From the IMG/VR virus record IMGVR_UViG_3300035698_010612, positions 3,252-67,251 of that record: a stretch of 64,000 bases of DNA. One strand, written 5' to 3'. The translations under genes were made by a program, and so were the position numbers. The notes below the pieces were generated by a model that was given only the letters and a program-made list of their open reading frames with translations, ran no database searches and was not told the origin of the DNA. Below are positions 7,532-17,303 of the stretch, one piece after another (the stretch's first letter is position 1; every line of letters starts with the position of its first letter). This stretch comes from a virus.

Positions 7532-8976
7532 GAAAACAGGAGTATGTTGATTATTTCAAAAACAATCCACTACCATCTGTTGAATTAATAGACAAGCTCC
7601 TTGCCGAAAAGTCTTTAAAACACTTTGTAGGGCAAGCGTGGCACGTTGTAGAACCCAGCACACCCTTTATTGATGGGTGGCATATTGATGTTATCTGTGA
7701 CCATCTGGAAGCGATCACCAGGGGAGAAATCAGATACCTCATTATCAATATTCCTCCCCGATATATGAAGTCGCTGCTTGTTTCGGTGTTTTGGCCGTGT
7801 TGGGAATGGATTGACGAGCCATCGTTAAGGTGGCTTTTTTCTTCCTATGCAGAGACGTTATCAAAACGAGACTCGCTAAAATGCAGAAGGATTATCCAAT
7901 CCCCCTGGTATCAGAGTAATTGGGGTGACACGGTAAAGATTACAAGCGATCAGAATGAAAAGCTACGGTTTGAAAACGATGCATCGGGTTGCAGGGTAGC
8001 GACATCCGTTGGCGGTGTGGGAACAGGTGAGGGTGGAAATCGTATAATAGTAGATGATCCAAACAATGTAAAAGAAGCCGAATCAGAGGTTAAACGAGAG
8101 ACAACAAATAGCTGGTGGGATGAAAGCATGTCCACCAGATTAAACAATCCGAAGAAAGATGCAAAAGTAATCATTCAGCAACGAACCCATTCAAGTGATC
8201 TGACCGGGCATGTCTTAGATAAACACGAAGACGACGAAAGCATTGTTCATCTGTGCTTGCCTGCAAGATACGAGGTTGACCATCCCCATAAATGTGATGC
8301 TGACACTAGAACCGAAGACGGGGAGCTGTTGTGGGAAGCGAGATACGGTGAAAAGGAATTGACAGAGCTAGAGAAAGATATGGGGAGTTATGCAATAGCT
8401 GGCCAGTTACAGCAACGACCATCACCAAGGGGCGGTGGGATGTTTATGATTGATCGGTTCAATATTATCAATGTTGTTCCGGGTGGCATAAAAAACACAG
8501 TCAGATATTGGGATAAGGCGGGCACCCTTGACGGTGGAGCTTATACGGCAGGTGTCAGGATGCACCGGATGGCTGACGGCACATATATAATTGATGATGT
8601 GGTCCGCGGTCAATGGTCTGCTGCAATAAGGGAAAAACGAATCAGACAAACGGCGGAGCTCGACGGCAAAGGCGTTAAGGTATGGCATGAGCAAGAGCCC
8701 GGAAGCGGTGGGAAAGAGAGTGCGGAAGCCACCATAAAAAATCTTGCCGGATTTGTTGTCAAAGCAGAACGGGTGACAGGTGCGAAAGAAGTGAGAGCAG
8801 AACCCTATTCCGTACAAGTTGAGGCTGGCAATGTAAGCGTTTTAAATAAACCCTGGGCGAAACCATTTATAGACGAACACGAAGATTTCCCAATGGGTAA
8901 ATTTAAAGACCAGGTGGATTCGGCATCAGGAGCATTCAATAAATTAGCGGTCACATCGAGGGCGGGCACATGGTAG
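7528..8976 (+). CDS. terL: Terminase large subunit
   Basis: INIPPRYMKS Walker A, IIVDDP Walker B, QQRP, DQVD nuclease motifs. Confidence 0.95.
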   Translation: MRKQEYVDYFKNNPLPSVELIDKLLAEKSLKHFVGQAWHVVEPSTPFIDGWHIDVICDHLEAITRGEIRYLIINIPPRYMKSLLVSVFWPCWEWIDEPSLRWLFSSYAETLSKRDSLKCRRIIQSPWYQSNWGDTVKITSDQNEKLRFENDASGCRVATSVGGVGTGEGGNRIIVDDPNNVKEAESEVKRETTNSWWDESMSTRLNNPKKDAKVIIQQRTHSSDLTGHVLDKHEDDESIVHLCLPARYEVDHPHKCDADTRTEDGELLWEARYGEKELTELEKDMGSYAIAGQLQQRPSPRGGGMFMIDRFNIINVVPGGIKNTVRYWDKAGTLDGGAYTAGVRMHRMADGTYIIDDVVRGQWSAAIREKRIRQTAELDGKGVKVWHEQEPGSGGKESAEATIKNLAGFVVKAERVTGAKEVRAEPYSVQVEAGNVSVLNKPWAKPFIDEHEDFPMGKFKDQVDSASGAFNKLAVTSRAGTW

Positions 8977-10361
8977 AGAAAAAGAAGAAACCATTAAAAC
9001 TTACAACCAACCAGAAAGAACACCTCTTCGCTCTGGCTTCAATTATGACACAAAGTGCTCTCTCCAGCAGGGCGGACTTGCAGGGGCGGATGGGGTATGC
9101 CTACGGCGGGGACAGGGATGTTTACACGGCGTTAGGATATAAAAAGGTACTTGATTTTCCTGACTTTGAAGCCAAGTACAAACGGCAAGACATAGCAAGC
9201 CGGATCATTGACCTCCCTGTTAAGGCGACATGGCGGTTAAGACCTGAAATAGTAGAAAAAGATGGTAAGGAAACCCCCTTTGAAAAAGGCTGGATGGCAT
9301 TGGTCAAAGAAAAAAAGGTATTCCATTATCTGCAACGGGTAGACAGGCTTTCAGGCATCGGGCAGTATGGTGTTTTGCTAATCGGGTATGATGACAGCAA
9401 AGAACTGTCAGAGCCGGTAGAAAAGGCAACAGACATTTTATTCCTAAGACCGTTTAAGCAATCCACCGCAGAGATATCTACATGGCAAAAAGACACCACA
9501 AAAAAACGGTATGGTTTGCCCGAAACCTATAAACTTACATTTACCAATGCCGAAGCACAGGGGACAGCATCAAAGGAAGTCCACCATAGCAGGGTGATTC
9601 ACATAGCAGAAGGGCTTGATGAAGACAATGTGTATGGGAAACCGCGGTTAGAGGTAGTTTACAACCGCTTGATGAACATGGAGCTTGTGGCTGGCGGTAG
9701 TGCTGAAATGTTCTGGCGTGGAGCATTCCCAGGCATGGGGTTTGGTATTGATAAAGATGTTGATGTCAATACGCTAGACCTGGATGACATGAAAGATGAG
9801 ATGGAAGATTATATCCACGGGTTTAAACGGACATTGAGAACACAGGGAGTTGACGTTCAGCAATTTGCCCCCCAGGTAGCCGATCCAAGCAATCACATTT
9901 CAGTTTTGTTAGACCTCATATCGGCAGCAACGGGGATCCCCAAACGTATCTTGATGGGAAGCGAGAGGGGGGAACTGGCAAGCTCACAGGATGAAACGAA
10001 CTGGAATAATACCATTGATGAACGACGGATGAACCATGCAGAGCCGATTATTCTAAGACCGTTCATAGATAGGAATATTGAGACAGGGGTATTGCCGAAA
10101 CCCGCAGATGAATACACGGTAAACTGGCCTGACTTGCAGATTAAATCAGAGAAGGAAGAAGCCGATGTCGCAAAGATCAAATCAGAAGCATTGAATAAAT
10201 ATCTGTCAACTCCTGGGGCCGACATGGTGATCCCGATTGAAACCTTCCTTGATAAGTTCATGGGATTCACAAAAGAGGAAATAGAGGACATTGTAAAGAA
10301 AATAGGGGAATACGAGAAAGAGGAAGTGGAGGAAATTGACGAGGGAGCAGAGGAAGAATAA
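8970..10361 (+). CDS. Portal protein (DUF1073 family)
   Basis: Follows terL; VHHSRVIH, GIPKRILMGSERGELASSQD. Confidence 0.9.
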   Translation: MVEKKKKPLKLTTNQKEHLFALASIMTQSALSSRADLQGRMGYAYGGDRDVYTALGYKKVLDFPDFEAKYKRQDIASRIIDLPVKATWRLRPEIVEKDGKETPFEKGWMALVKEKKVFHYLQRVDRLSGIGQYGVLLIGYDDSKELSEPVEKATDILFLRPFKQSTAEISTWQKDTTKKRYGLPETYKLTFTNAEAQGTASKEVHHSRVIHIAEGLDEDNVYGKPRLEVVYNRLMNMELVAGGSAEMFWRGAFPGMGFGIDKDVDVNTLDLDDMKDEMEDYIHGFKRTLRTQGVDVQQFAPQVADPSNHISVLLDLISAATGIPKRILMGSERGELASSQDETNWNNTIDERRMNHAEPIILRPFIDRNIETGVLPKPADEYTVNWPDLQIKSEKEEADVAKIKSEALNKYLSTPGADMVIPIETFLDKFMGFTKEEIEDIVKKIGEYEKEEVEEIDEGAEEE

Positions 10362-10504
10362 TGCCCAAAGAATGGTGGACAGATTGTCTTAACAGCTTGA
10401 AGGGAACCCCCTTTTATGGTAAGGTAACATTGCAGTACGAGAACGGCAAAGTAGTTTTAATCCGTAAGGAAGAAACGATTAAACCACCTAAACAGGACAA
10501 CTGA
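10361..10504 (+). CDS. Small DUF2292/YezD-like protein (not in ORF track)
   Basis: MPKEWWTDCLNSLKGTPFYGKVTLQYENGKVVLIRKEETIKPPKQDN; TAATG coupling to portal. Confidence 0.7.
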   Translation: MPKEWWTDCLNSLKGTPFYGKVTLQYENGKVVLIRKEETIKPPKQDN

Positions 10505-10523
10505 TAGGGAGGGAGTAAAAAAA

Positions 10524-11153
10524 ATGAGTAAATGTACTGATTGCGAAGCTATAGAATATGCAAAATTGATAATAGAAAATTATGAAATGGATATCAGAAA
10601 TAGCATGGGATTATTAGGAATAGACTTAGTTGAATTGGGTTTTTGTCAGGGTTCAGTTTATAAAAATGCCATCCAACACATTGATAGACTCTTTACCGAT
10701 ACGGGACAACCGAAAGAAGAGGGCGTGTTTAAAAAGCTAAGGAGAAAAAAGGAATATTATGATGAATATTTTTTAGATAATACCCCCCTTGATTGGAATG
10801 TTTGTTATGATGTAAAAACAAAAAAAGGAGAGGAGCATGAAGGCGTAAGTCTTATAAAAAAAGACGTTTTATACCGTGGCATAAGAGGGATGAGCGAAGA
10901 TACCACAGAAACTTATGGATATTTTATAACTTCTGGCGGATTAGAAGTATTAATGAGAGAAGGAGCAAAACTGAAATACAATAAAGAAGCTACTAATCTA
11001 CATTTAAAGAAGAGTGCCGAGAAACGCATGGAAGATAACTTGGAAAATTTAAGACGAAAGGCAAATAGATTGCGGGAAGAATTGCAATTAACAAAGAAGA
11101 AAATTGAACGCTTTGAAGGCAAAATAATAGCTTTGAAGGCAAAACAATACTAA
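10524..11153 (+). CDS. Hypothetical protein
   Basis: 209 aa, AT-rich, SD GGGAG. Confidence 0.65.
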   Translation: MSKCTDCEAIEYAKLIIENYEMDIRNSMGLLGIDLVELGFCQGSVYKNAIQHIDRLFTDTGQPKEEGVFKKLRRKKEYYDEYFLDNTPLDWNVCYDVKTKKGEEHEGVSLIKKDVLYRGIRGMSEDTTETYGYFITSGGLEVLMREGAKLKYNKEATNLHLKKSAEKRMEDNLENLRRKANRLREELQLTKKKIERFEGKIIALKAKQY

Positions 11154-11225
11154 TGTAATCAATGTGGCCGTAATTTGTAATTAAATACAACTTAATAAAA
11201 TATAGTATCAGGTATCAAAACACTT

Positions 11226-11263
11226 GGGCCTGTCATCCTTAACGGGGTGGCAGGCCCTTTTTT
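11226..11263 (+). terminator. Intrinsic terminator
   Basis: GGGCCTGTCA...TGGCAGGCCC followed by T6. Confidence 0.7.
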
Positions 11264-11323
11264 GCGTTTAATGGAGTATGGAAAACAAAGAATGAACAAC
11301 CTCGCTCATAAGCACGAGCATAA

Positions 11324-11584
11324 TTACCTAGACAACAACTTACCCTCATTGTTTTCAGACCATATTTTATATGGCCTATTTTTTGGTATAGAAGATTCAA
11401 ACACAGATTCAACAACCTTACGGCGGGAAACCTTGCGATGGAAGGGGTAGGCAATTCCATGTTTTGCAGCCACTTTAAGAGCCTCTTCTGGTGTAGGTGC
11501 TTCCACTAGATGTCCAGTTAGGTGGGAGCCATCTAACGCTCTTGGAGTAGTTTCGTAACGATTATGAATTTTGTAAATAGGCAT
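11324..11584 (-). CDS. Antisense hypothetical (moron-like) gene, probably leaderless
   Basis: TTGCTT-N17-TATATT promoter on - strand, 6 nt before ATG. Confidence 0.6.
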   Translation of the reverse strand: MPIYKIHNRYETTPRALDGSHLTGHLVEAPTPEEALKVAAKHGIAYPFHRKVSRRKVVESVFESSIPKNRPYKIWSENNEGKLLSR

Positions 11585-11627
11585 AAAGACAATATATCAC
11601 CTTTAACCATATAAAGCAAGCAAATAA

Positions 11628-13868
11628 ATGCTCAACTTGGCAGAAAAACATAATCATCCGGCACTAACCATCAACAATGTTTTCAGGACAGATCCCACAA
11701 GAACCCTGATGTTGAGGAAGCGGTTTGTGTCAGATATGAATAGCCGGTTCAGAAGGTTAAAGGGTGATATTAGAAGATCCATTGTTGATAATGATTGTTT
11801 TGGATTGAAGGCTAAGTTCCCCGGACTAAAGCTGATGACTCCGGTTGAAACAGAATATTTTAAGTTTGCAAAGGACAAAGATAAACTCGCGGGATTCATG
11901 TCTTGGCTCAAAGAAATGGAAAATACAATGGTGGATGGCAAGCCAATTCTTGAAATCATCCAACGTCCCGGTATGCACCCAGGGATTGAAGGGGCGTGGA
12001 CAGATACCTATATCCAGACTGCCTATCAGAAAGGCATATTAAGGGCAAGGCAGGAGCTAAGAAATCAGGGTGTTAATGTTCCTAATGTGGAGCACATGCC
12101 AGGTGGGATGAGTTCTGTTTTTAACGCTCCCATTCACGTTGATAGGGTGGCTCTCCTCTATGCCAGAACTTTTAATGAGCTAAAAGGCATCACCGAAGAA
12201 ATGAACCAGCAAATATCAAGGGTGTTGGCCCAGGGAATAGCCGAAGGGAAAAATCCGAGGCAGATAGCAAGCTGGCTGAATAGCCGCATTGAACTGCCAA
12301 GAGTAACGGTTAAGATTCCTGGTGTTGGGATAAGACGATTAACATCATTACAACGGGCTCGGACACTTGCCAGAACTGAAATTATAAGAGCACATCATCA
12401 AGCGACAATTGCTGAATACAAACAATTCGGGGTTGAGGGAGTAAAAGTAAAGGCCGAATTTTTGTCAGCGGGGTATGGAGTTTGTCTAGAGTGTCAGAAG
12501 CTAGAGGGCAAAATATTTACTTTAAAGGAAATCGATGGAATGATTCCGGTTCACCCCAACTGCCTGATAGACCCACAAGTTAAAATACATACATCAAAGG
12601 GATGGATAAAAATAAAAGATATCAAAATTGGAGATTTGGTTCTTACCCACAAGGGGCGATTCTGCAAAGTGACAAAAGACATTAGAGTTCCGAAGCAAGT
12701 TTCTAATGTGGTCAGAATAGAATTGAGAGGAGGTAGCCATAGACACTTAAAGCTAACTCTGACCGAAGATCATCCAGTGCTAACAAATAATGGGTGGATG
12801 TTGGCGAAAGATTTAAGACATGAACACACAATAAAATACTTAGCTAATCATTGTAAAGAATGTGGGGTAGAAATACCATATTTTAAAAGTGTGTGTTCCT
12901 TTAGGTGCAATGGTAAACACAATCTTAAAAATCCGCAGACTATCAAGAAGATGCAGAATGCAAACAATACCCCTGCGTTAAAAAAGAAACAGTCTGAGCG
13001 ATGGAGCAAAAACAATCCGTCGCAACTTGAAGAGCACAGAAAGCAGTCAAGTAAAAGAATGAAGACAAATAATCCCATGTTTATGCCAGGGATTAGAGAA
13101 AAGCTCCCCGAAATAATGAGGGAAAAATATAAATTAAATCCAGAGTTAGGCAAAAAACACTCAGAATTTTTAAAAAAATATTATTCAGAACATCCAGAAA
13201 AGCACATTAATGCGATAATGCGAAAGCGGGGGTTTATAAGTTCATTAGAGAAAAAGATGGAAAAGTTATTAATTAATGCTGACATCAATTATACACCACA
13301 ATGTCGCATTCTTAATTACTTTGTTGATTTTGCAATACCCGAATTGAATATAGCAATTGAATGTGATGGGGATTATTGGCACTCGCAAAGAAAAGAGCAG
13401 GACAAAAAAAGACAGGAGAAAATAGAAAAAGAAGGATGGTTTGTACTTCGCTATACAGAACAAGAAATAAAAGAACAAACCAAAGAAATAGAAAACGAAC
13501 TATTTAGAATAGCCTCCAATCACAACGGAGATTACCAATATACTCAATTACAGATTAAAAAAATAACTAAATGGCAAACAAAAAAACCAGTAACTCTTTA
13601 CAATCTTTCGGTTGAAGAAGATGAAAGTTATGTTGCAAATGGATTTGTGGTTCATAACTGCCGATGCGTAGCAATCCCGTACTTAGGGGGGAATGGCAAG
13701 ACAAAGGCAAACGAAGAAAAACCCGTTGTCATAATACCCAAACCAGAACCACAACCCATTCAGCTAAGAATAGTCGGCGGCAGCCTCTATGCAAATGATT
13801 CCGGTGACGGTATCTATCATCATATCGGATGGATAAAGAACATGCCGAACAAAGACGGTAAAACTTAA
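11628..13868 (+). CDS. Head morphogenesis protein (SPP1 gp7/MuF) containing an intein
   Basis: DPTRT, RARTLARTE and IPVHPN|CRC motif interrupted by intein. Confidence 0.9.
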   Translation: MLNLAEKHNHPALTINNVFRTDPTRTLMLRKRFVSDMNSRFRRLKGDIRRSIVDNDCFGLKAKFPGLKLMTPVETEYFKFAKDKDKLAGFMSWLKEMENTMVDGKPILEIIQRPGMHPGIEGAWTDTYIQTAYQKGILRARQELRNQGVNVPNVEHMPGGMSSVFNAPIHVDRVALLYARTFNELKGITEEMNQQISRVLAQGIAEGKNPRQIASWLNSRIELPRVTVKIPGVGIRRLTSLQRARTLARTEIIRAHHQATIAEYKQFGVEGVKVKAEFLSAGYGVCLECQKLEGKIFTLKEIDGMIPVHPNCLIDPQVKIHTSKGWIKIKDIKIGDLVLTHKGRFCKVTKDIRVPKQVSNVVRIELRGGSHRHLKLTLTEDHPVLTNNGWMLAKDLRHEHTIKYLANHCKECGVEIPYFKSVCSFRCNGKHNLKNPQTIKKMQNANNTPALKKKQSERWSKNNPSQLEEHRKQSSKRMKTNNPMFMPGIREKLPEIMREKYKLNPELGKKHSEFLKKYYSEHPEKHINAIMRKRGFISSLEKKMEKLLINADINYTPQCRILNYFVDFAIPELNIAIECDGDYWHSQRKEQDKKRQEKIEKEGWFVLRYTEQEIKEQTKEIENELFRIASNHNGDYQYTQLQIKKITKWQTKKPVTLYNLSVEEDESYVANGFVVHNCRCVAIPYLGGNGKTKANEEKPVVIIPKPEPQPIQLRIVGGSLYANDSGDGIYHHIGWIKNMPNKDGKT
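12561..13658 (+). mobile_element. Intein (366 aa) with DUF559/Vsr-like endonuclease
   Basis: Starts CLIDPQ, block B LTEDHPV, ends YVANGFVVHN|C; internal VDFAI...IECDGDYWH...DKKR...GWFVLRY. Confidence 0.92.
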
Positions 13869-13894
13869 CAAAGCCGTTGAACATCTTTCTTAGC

Positions 13895-13921
13895 CCTCCT
13901 GCAATCGCAAGGGGGTTTTTA
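13895..13921 (+). terminator. Terminator-like hairpin
   Basis: CCCTCCTGC-AATC-GCAAGGGGG then T-run. Confidence 0.5.
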
Positions 13922-13931
13922 TTGGAGAACT

Positions 13932-16900
13932 ATGAAAAAACTTATTTTTATTGTTATTTTAATGTTGTTTTATTGCCCAAATGCGTTTGCTGCAATTAGC
14001 GAGGATGCTGATTGTGTTGGAGGTGTATGTGAACTAAGTGCTGTTGGTGGGACTCAGGAGTGTACTGCGGAAGATACACCTTATGATTGTTGCACTGGTG
14101 CTGATGCTGGCTGTACTGGTGATTATAGGACATGGAAAGGTTTTTGGAATGACTTAACTACTCTTACCGCAGACATAACCCTTCTTGTTGAGCCACATGT
14201 TTTTGTCGAAACAGTCTATCCTGGACAAGTAACCGAAGATTTAAATGGGTTTACTATTCACGTCAAGCCAACAGAGACTTATTATTACCCAACCTCATCT
14301 GATATTACAACAGGCCCACGTTTCGACTTGCAGTACACAACGTCTGATGAATTTCTTAATTTAAACGCTGCTGATACAGGGCATATAATCATTGAGGGTC
14401 TGAGTATTTATTCAACAACAGCAGGGAAGACTGCACCAGCAGCTTTTTTTCTTATCTCCAGTGTTGGAACATATACTACTACCTTACGGCGACTTAGCAT
14501 AAAGGGGGATGGTACAACCAATGCACAATATGGTATCCAGGAAAATACTGCTGCTGTAAGTCCACTCAAGGTATATAATAACTTCATTTATGATGTTTAT
14601 GCTGGGATTTATTTAAGTACTGCCCTTGCAGCAGGAAGCTATATAATAAACAATACAATTTATGGTTGTGAGGGGGCTGGAATTGACTTCAATGGACTTG
14701 CTGCGATTGCTAACAATAATTATGTATATGACACGGTAGCTGCAAGTAGTGATTTTTTAGACCCCGATGGTGCAATTGGCTATAATAATGGATGTACTGA
14801 TGCAAGTTGTGCTGATGCCGAGTGGTCTACTGGAGCTGGTAATCAAGATAGTAAGACATTCGCATCTTTTACCCTTACTAGCTGGGCTAATGATGAGTAT
14901 TTTCTCAACGCCAGTGCCGTTACACAGGTTAATTTAGGTGTAGGAGACCACTCATCTACCGATGATGATTTGGTAGCCTATTATAAATTTGAAGATGGAG
15001 CTTTAAAGGTAGACTCGAGTACCAATTCTAATGCTCTAACTGATGACCTAGACGGAGCCCCATCTAGATATGTTGCCTCAGTGATAGTGGAGGATAGTTG
15101 TGCTTATTTTGAGGACGATGAAAGCTATTATAGAACATATGCTAATTTAACAACTGATTTTCCTGGTAAAAATGGCAACAAAGACTTAACAGCTTGTATG
15201 TGGTATATGCCTGGTGGTGATAGTGATGGTGATACTGCTGGATTGGTTGGTATTTATGCAGGTAATGTTGGGGAAATAATATGGCTTGTATGGAAAGATA
15301 CAAATGATAATATTGCATTTAAGAAAGGCTACAATGATGGGGCTAGCGAAGAGGAGATAAAGGAAACAGGTATTGCTTTACTTTGTGATTGGGCACATTG
15401 GTATCATGTATGTGTATCTTATGATGATTACGGTTCCGATTCTGCAAATACTGGTGATACAAAAATACAAGTTTATGACCTTACTGCAAATATTACTTAT
15501 ACTGAAGATGATTCTACGATGGATTATACTATGGATATTCATGTTGATGATACCCCGCTCTTTCAAATCAACAACCTCCTTTGGGATGGAACTGATTATG
15601 AAGAAGCAGGTCTTATAGATGACCTTCGTATTTACAACACTGCTTTATCCTTTGCTGAAATGGATGACATAAGACATCTTAGATTCTATGGTGATGCTTG
15701 TAACAGATCACGAATAGGTAATTATGACATAGGAGCAGACGAATATATTGTTGATGATATTTATTACATGTCAGATAGTGGCAGTGATGATGCCACTGGA
15801 CAGGATACATCTCATCCTTGGCTAACATTAGCCCATGCAACGGCATCTACTGATAGAGGTGATACCATAAGCCTTAACAAAGCGGATACATGGACAGGTG
15901 TTACATTCTATATCCCGTATCCAGGAATGACTATTAATGCTTATGGAGAAGGTGCTGACCCTATTATTGATTGCAACGATGCTGTTGATAATGGAATATG
16001 GGCTGGATATTTTGTGGATGATATTACCATTGATGGTATTGAAATAATAGATTGGAAGGATAGGGGCATATATGTTGCTTACAGTAAAGGTTTGGCAATT
16101 AAGAATTGTACCATTTCAAGTGCTGAAGTAGGAGATGCAAACGATGGTTGGCTTCAAGGAGACGGCATACTTGTTTACAATGATGGAGCTGGTCATGTCA
16201 ACAGCTCTGGTTCTGGTTTAACAATACAGGACAATGTGTTTGAAGGCGAATTTATGGGTGAGATTTATGAGGATTTTCTAAATCTTGCTTACAAGTGTAT
16301 TTTAGTGCAGGGGTGTAGTGATGTAACGATTACAGGGAATACAATGGATCCTGGTGCTTATACTGGAGGCATAGGAGTTCTGTGGAACTCCACAACAGAA
16401 GAAACCTGTGAGGCTGTAACCATAGATGATAATGTAATAAATTCTTCCTATGCTGCTATGTATTTTGTGGGGTGGAGTGGAACAAATTCTATATGCAATA
16501 ATATTATTAAGGAGTCTGACTTCTGGAGCATGGGCATCCACGATTTTAGTGGAACAACTTTAATAGGTTGGAATGATATGAGTGGGGGAACTGGGTGTGG
16601 TATTAATTTGAATCGTGCAGATAATGTAGCACTTGTTTTTAACTTAATTTACGATAAGGATTTTTTTGAGGGGGGGGTAACAGACCTTTATAATGGTATT
16701 GATATTAGTCGTTATTCTGATGATGGGTTGTTATACCACAACACTATTTATGATATATATCATGGTTGTATTACTTTAGAGGCTTATGACAATGAACCTT
16801 GTACTGGATGGACTATGATGAACAATGTTTTGGATGCTTCTGCTAATGACCTTCACGGAGGAAATGCAACGGCATTTTACTATGAATGGTATGAATCGGG

Positions 16901-17303
16901 AGACATGGATCTCAATTCAGATTGTAATATCTTTTTCCCCTATCCTGAAAAGGAAGGTATTAGGGTTCGTGTTTCTACAAAATTTGATTATGTAACATTA
17001 GCAGAATGGCGAATATTGCAGGGGACAACTTATAGCCAAACCTACTATGATGTTCATTCTTTTGATACCGACCCAATGTATCTTAGCCGAGTTAAAGATG
17101 CAGAAGATTTTCGGGTGGAAGGTACTTCCCCTGGTAGAAATTCTGGAGCTGATTTATCTGCTTATTTTGATGGAACTCCTGCTTATGTTGATTTGAATGA
17201 TACCGTAGTTCCAGGTGGTTCTGGACCTGATATGGGTGCGTATGAATTTCATGAGGTGATTAATATTTTAATGGAACATTATAGGAGGAGAAGGGTATGG
17301 TGA
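13932..17303 (+). CDS. 1123-aa signal-peptide protein with parallel beta-helix and LamG-like domains (putative fibre/adhesin)
   Basis: MKKLIFIVILMLFYCPNAFA; NNxIY beta-helix repeats; YYKFED...IDDLRIYN LamG; DIGADE/DMGAYE motifs. Confidence 0.75.
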   Translation: MKKLIFIVILMLFYCPNAFAAISEDADCVGGVCELSAVGGTQECTAEDTPYDCCTGADAGCTGDYRTWKGFWNDLTTLTADITLLVEPHVFVETVYPGQVTEDLNGFTIHVKPTETYYYPTSSDITTGPRFDLQYTTSDEFLNLNAADTGHIIIEGLSIYSTTAGKTAPAAFFLISSVGTYTTTLRRLSIKGDGTTNAQYGIQENTAAVSPLKVYNNFIYDVYAGIYLSTALAAGSYIINNTIYGCEGAGIDFNGLAAIANNNYVYDTVAASSDFLDPDGAIGYNNGCTDASCADAEWSTGAGNQDSKTFASFTLTSWANDEYFLNASAVTQVNLGVGDHSSTDDDLVAYYKFEDGALKVDSSTNSNALTDDLDGAPSRYVASVIVEDSCAYFEDDESYYRTYANLTTDFPGKNGNKDLTACMWYMPGGDSDGDTAGLVGIYAGNVGEIIWLVWKDTNDNIAFKKGYNDGASEEEIKETGIALLCDWAHWYHVCVSYDDYGSDSANTGDTKIQVYDLTANITYTEDDSTMDYTMDIHVDDTPLFQINNLLWDGTDYEEAGLIDDLRIYNTALSFAEMDDIRHLRFYGDACNRSRIGNYDIGADEYIVDDIYYMSDSGSDDATGQDTSHPWLTLAHATASTDRGDTISLNKADTWTGVTFYIPYPGMTINAYGEGADPIIDCNDAVDNGIWAGYFVDDITIDGIEIIDWKDRGIYVAYSKGLAIKNCTISSAEVGDANDGWLQGDGILVYNDGAGHVNSSGSGLTIQDNVFEGEFMGEIYEDFLNLAYKCILVQGCSDVTITGNTMDPGAYTGGIGVLWNSTTEETCEAVTIDDNVINSSYAAMYFVGWSGTNSICNNIIKESDFWSMGIHDFSGTTLIGWNDMSGGTGCGINLNRADNVALVFNLIYDKDFFEGGVTDLYNGIDISRYSDDGLLYHNTIYDIYHGCITLEAYDNEPCTGWTMMNNVLDASANDLHGGNATAFYYEWYESGDMDLNSDCNIFFPYPEKEGIRVRVSTKFDYVTLAEWRILQGTTYSQTYYDVHSFDTDPMYLSRVKDAEDFRVEGTSPGRNSGADLSAYFDGTPAYVDLNDTVVPGGSGPDMGAYEFHEVINILMEHYRRRRVW

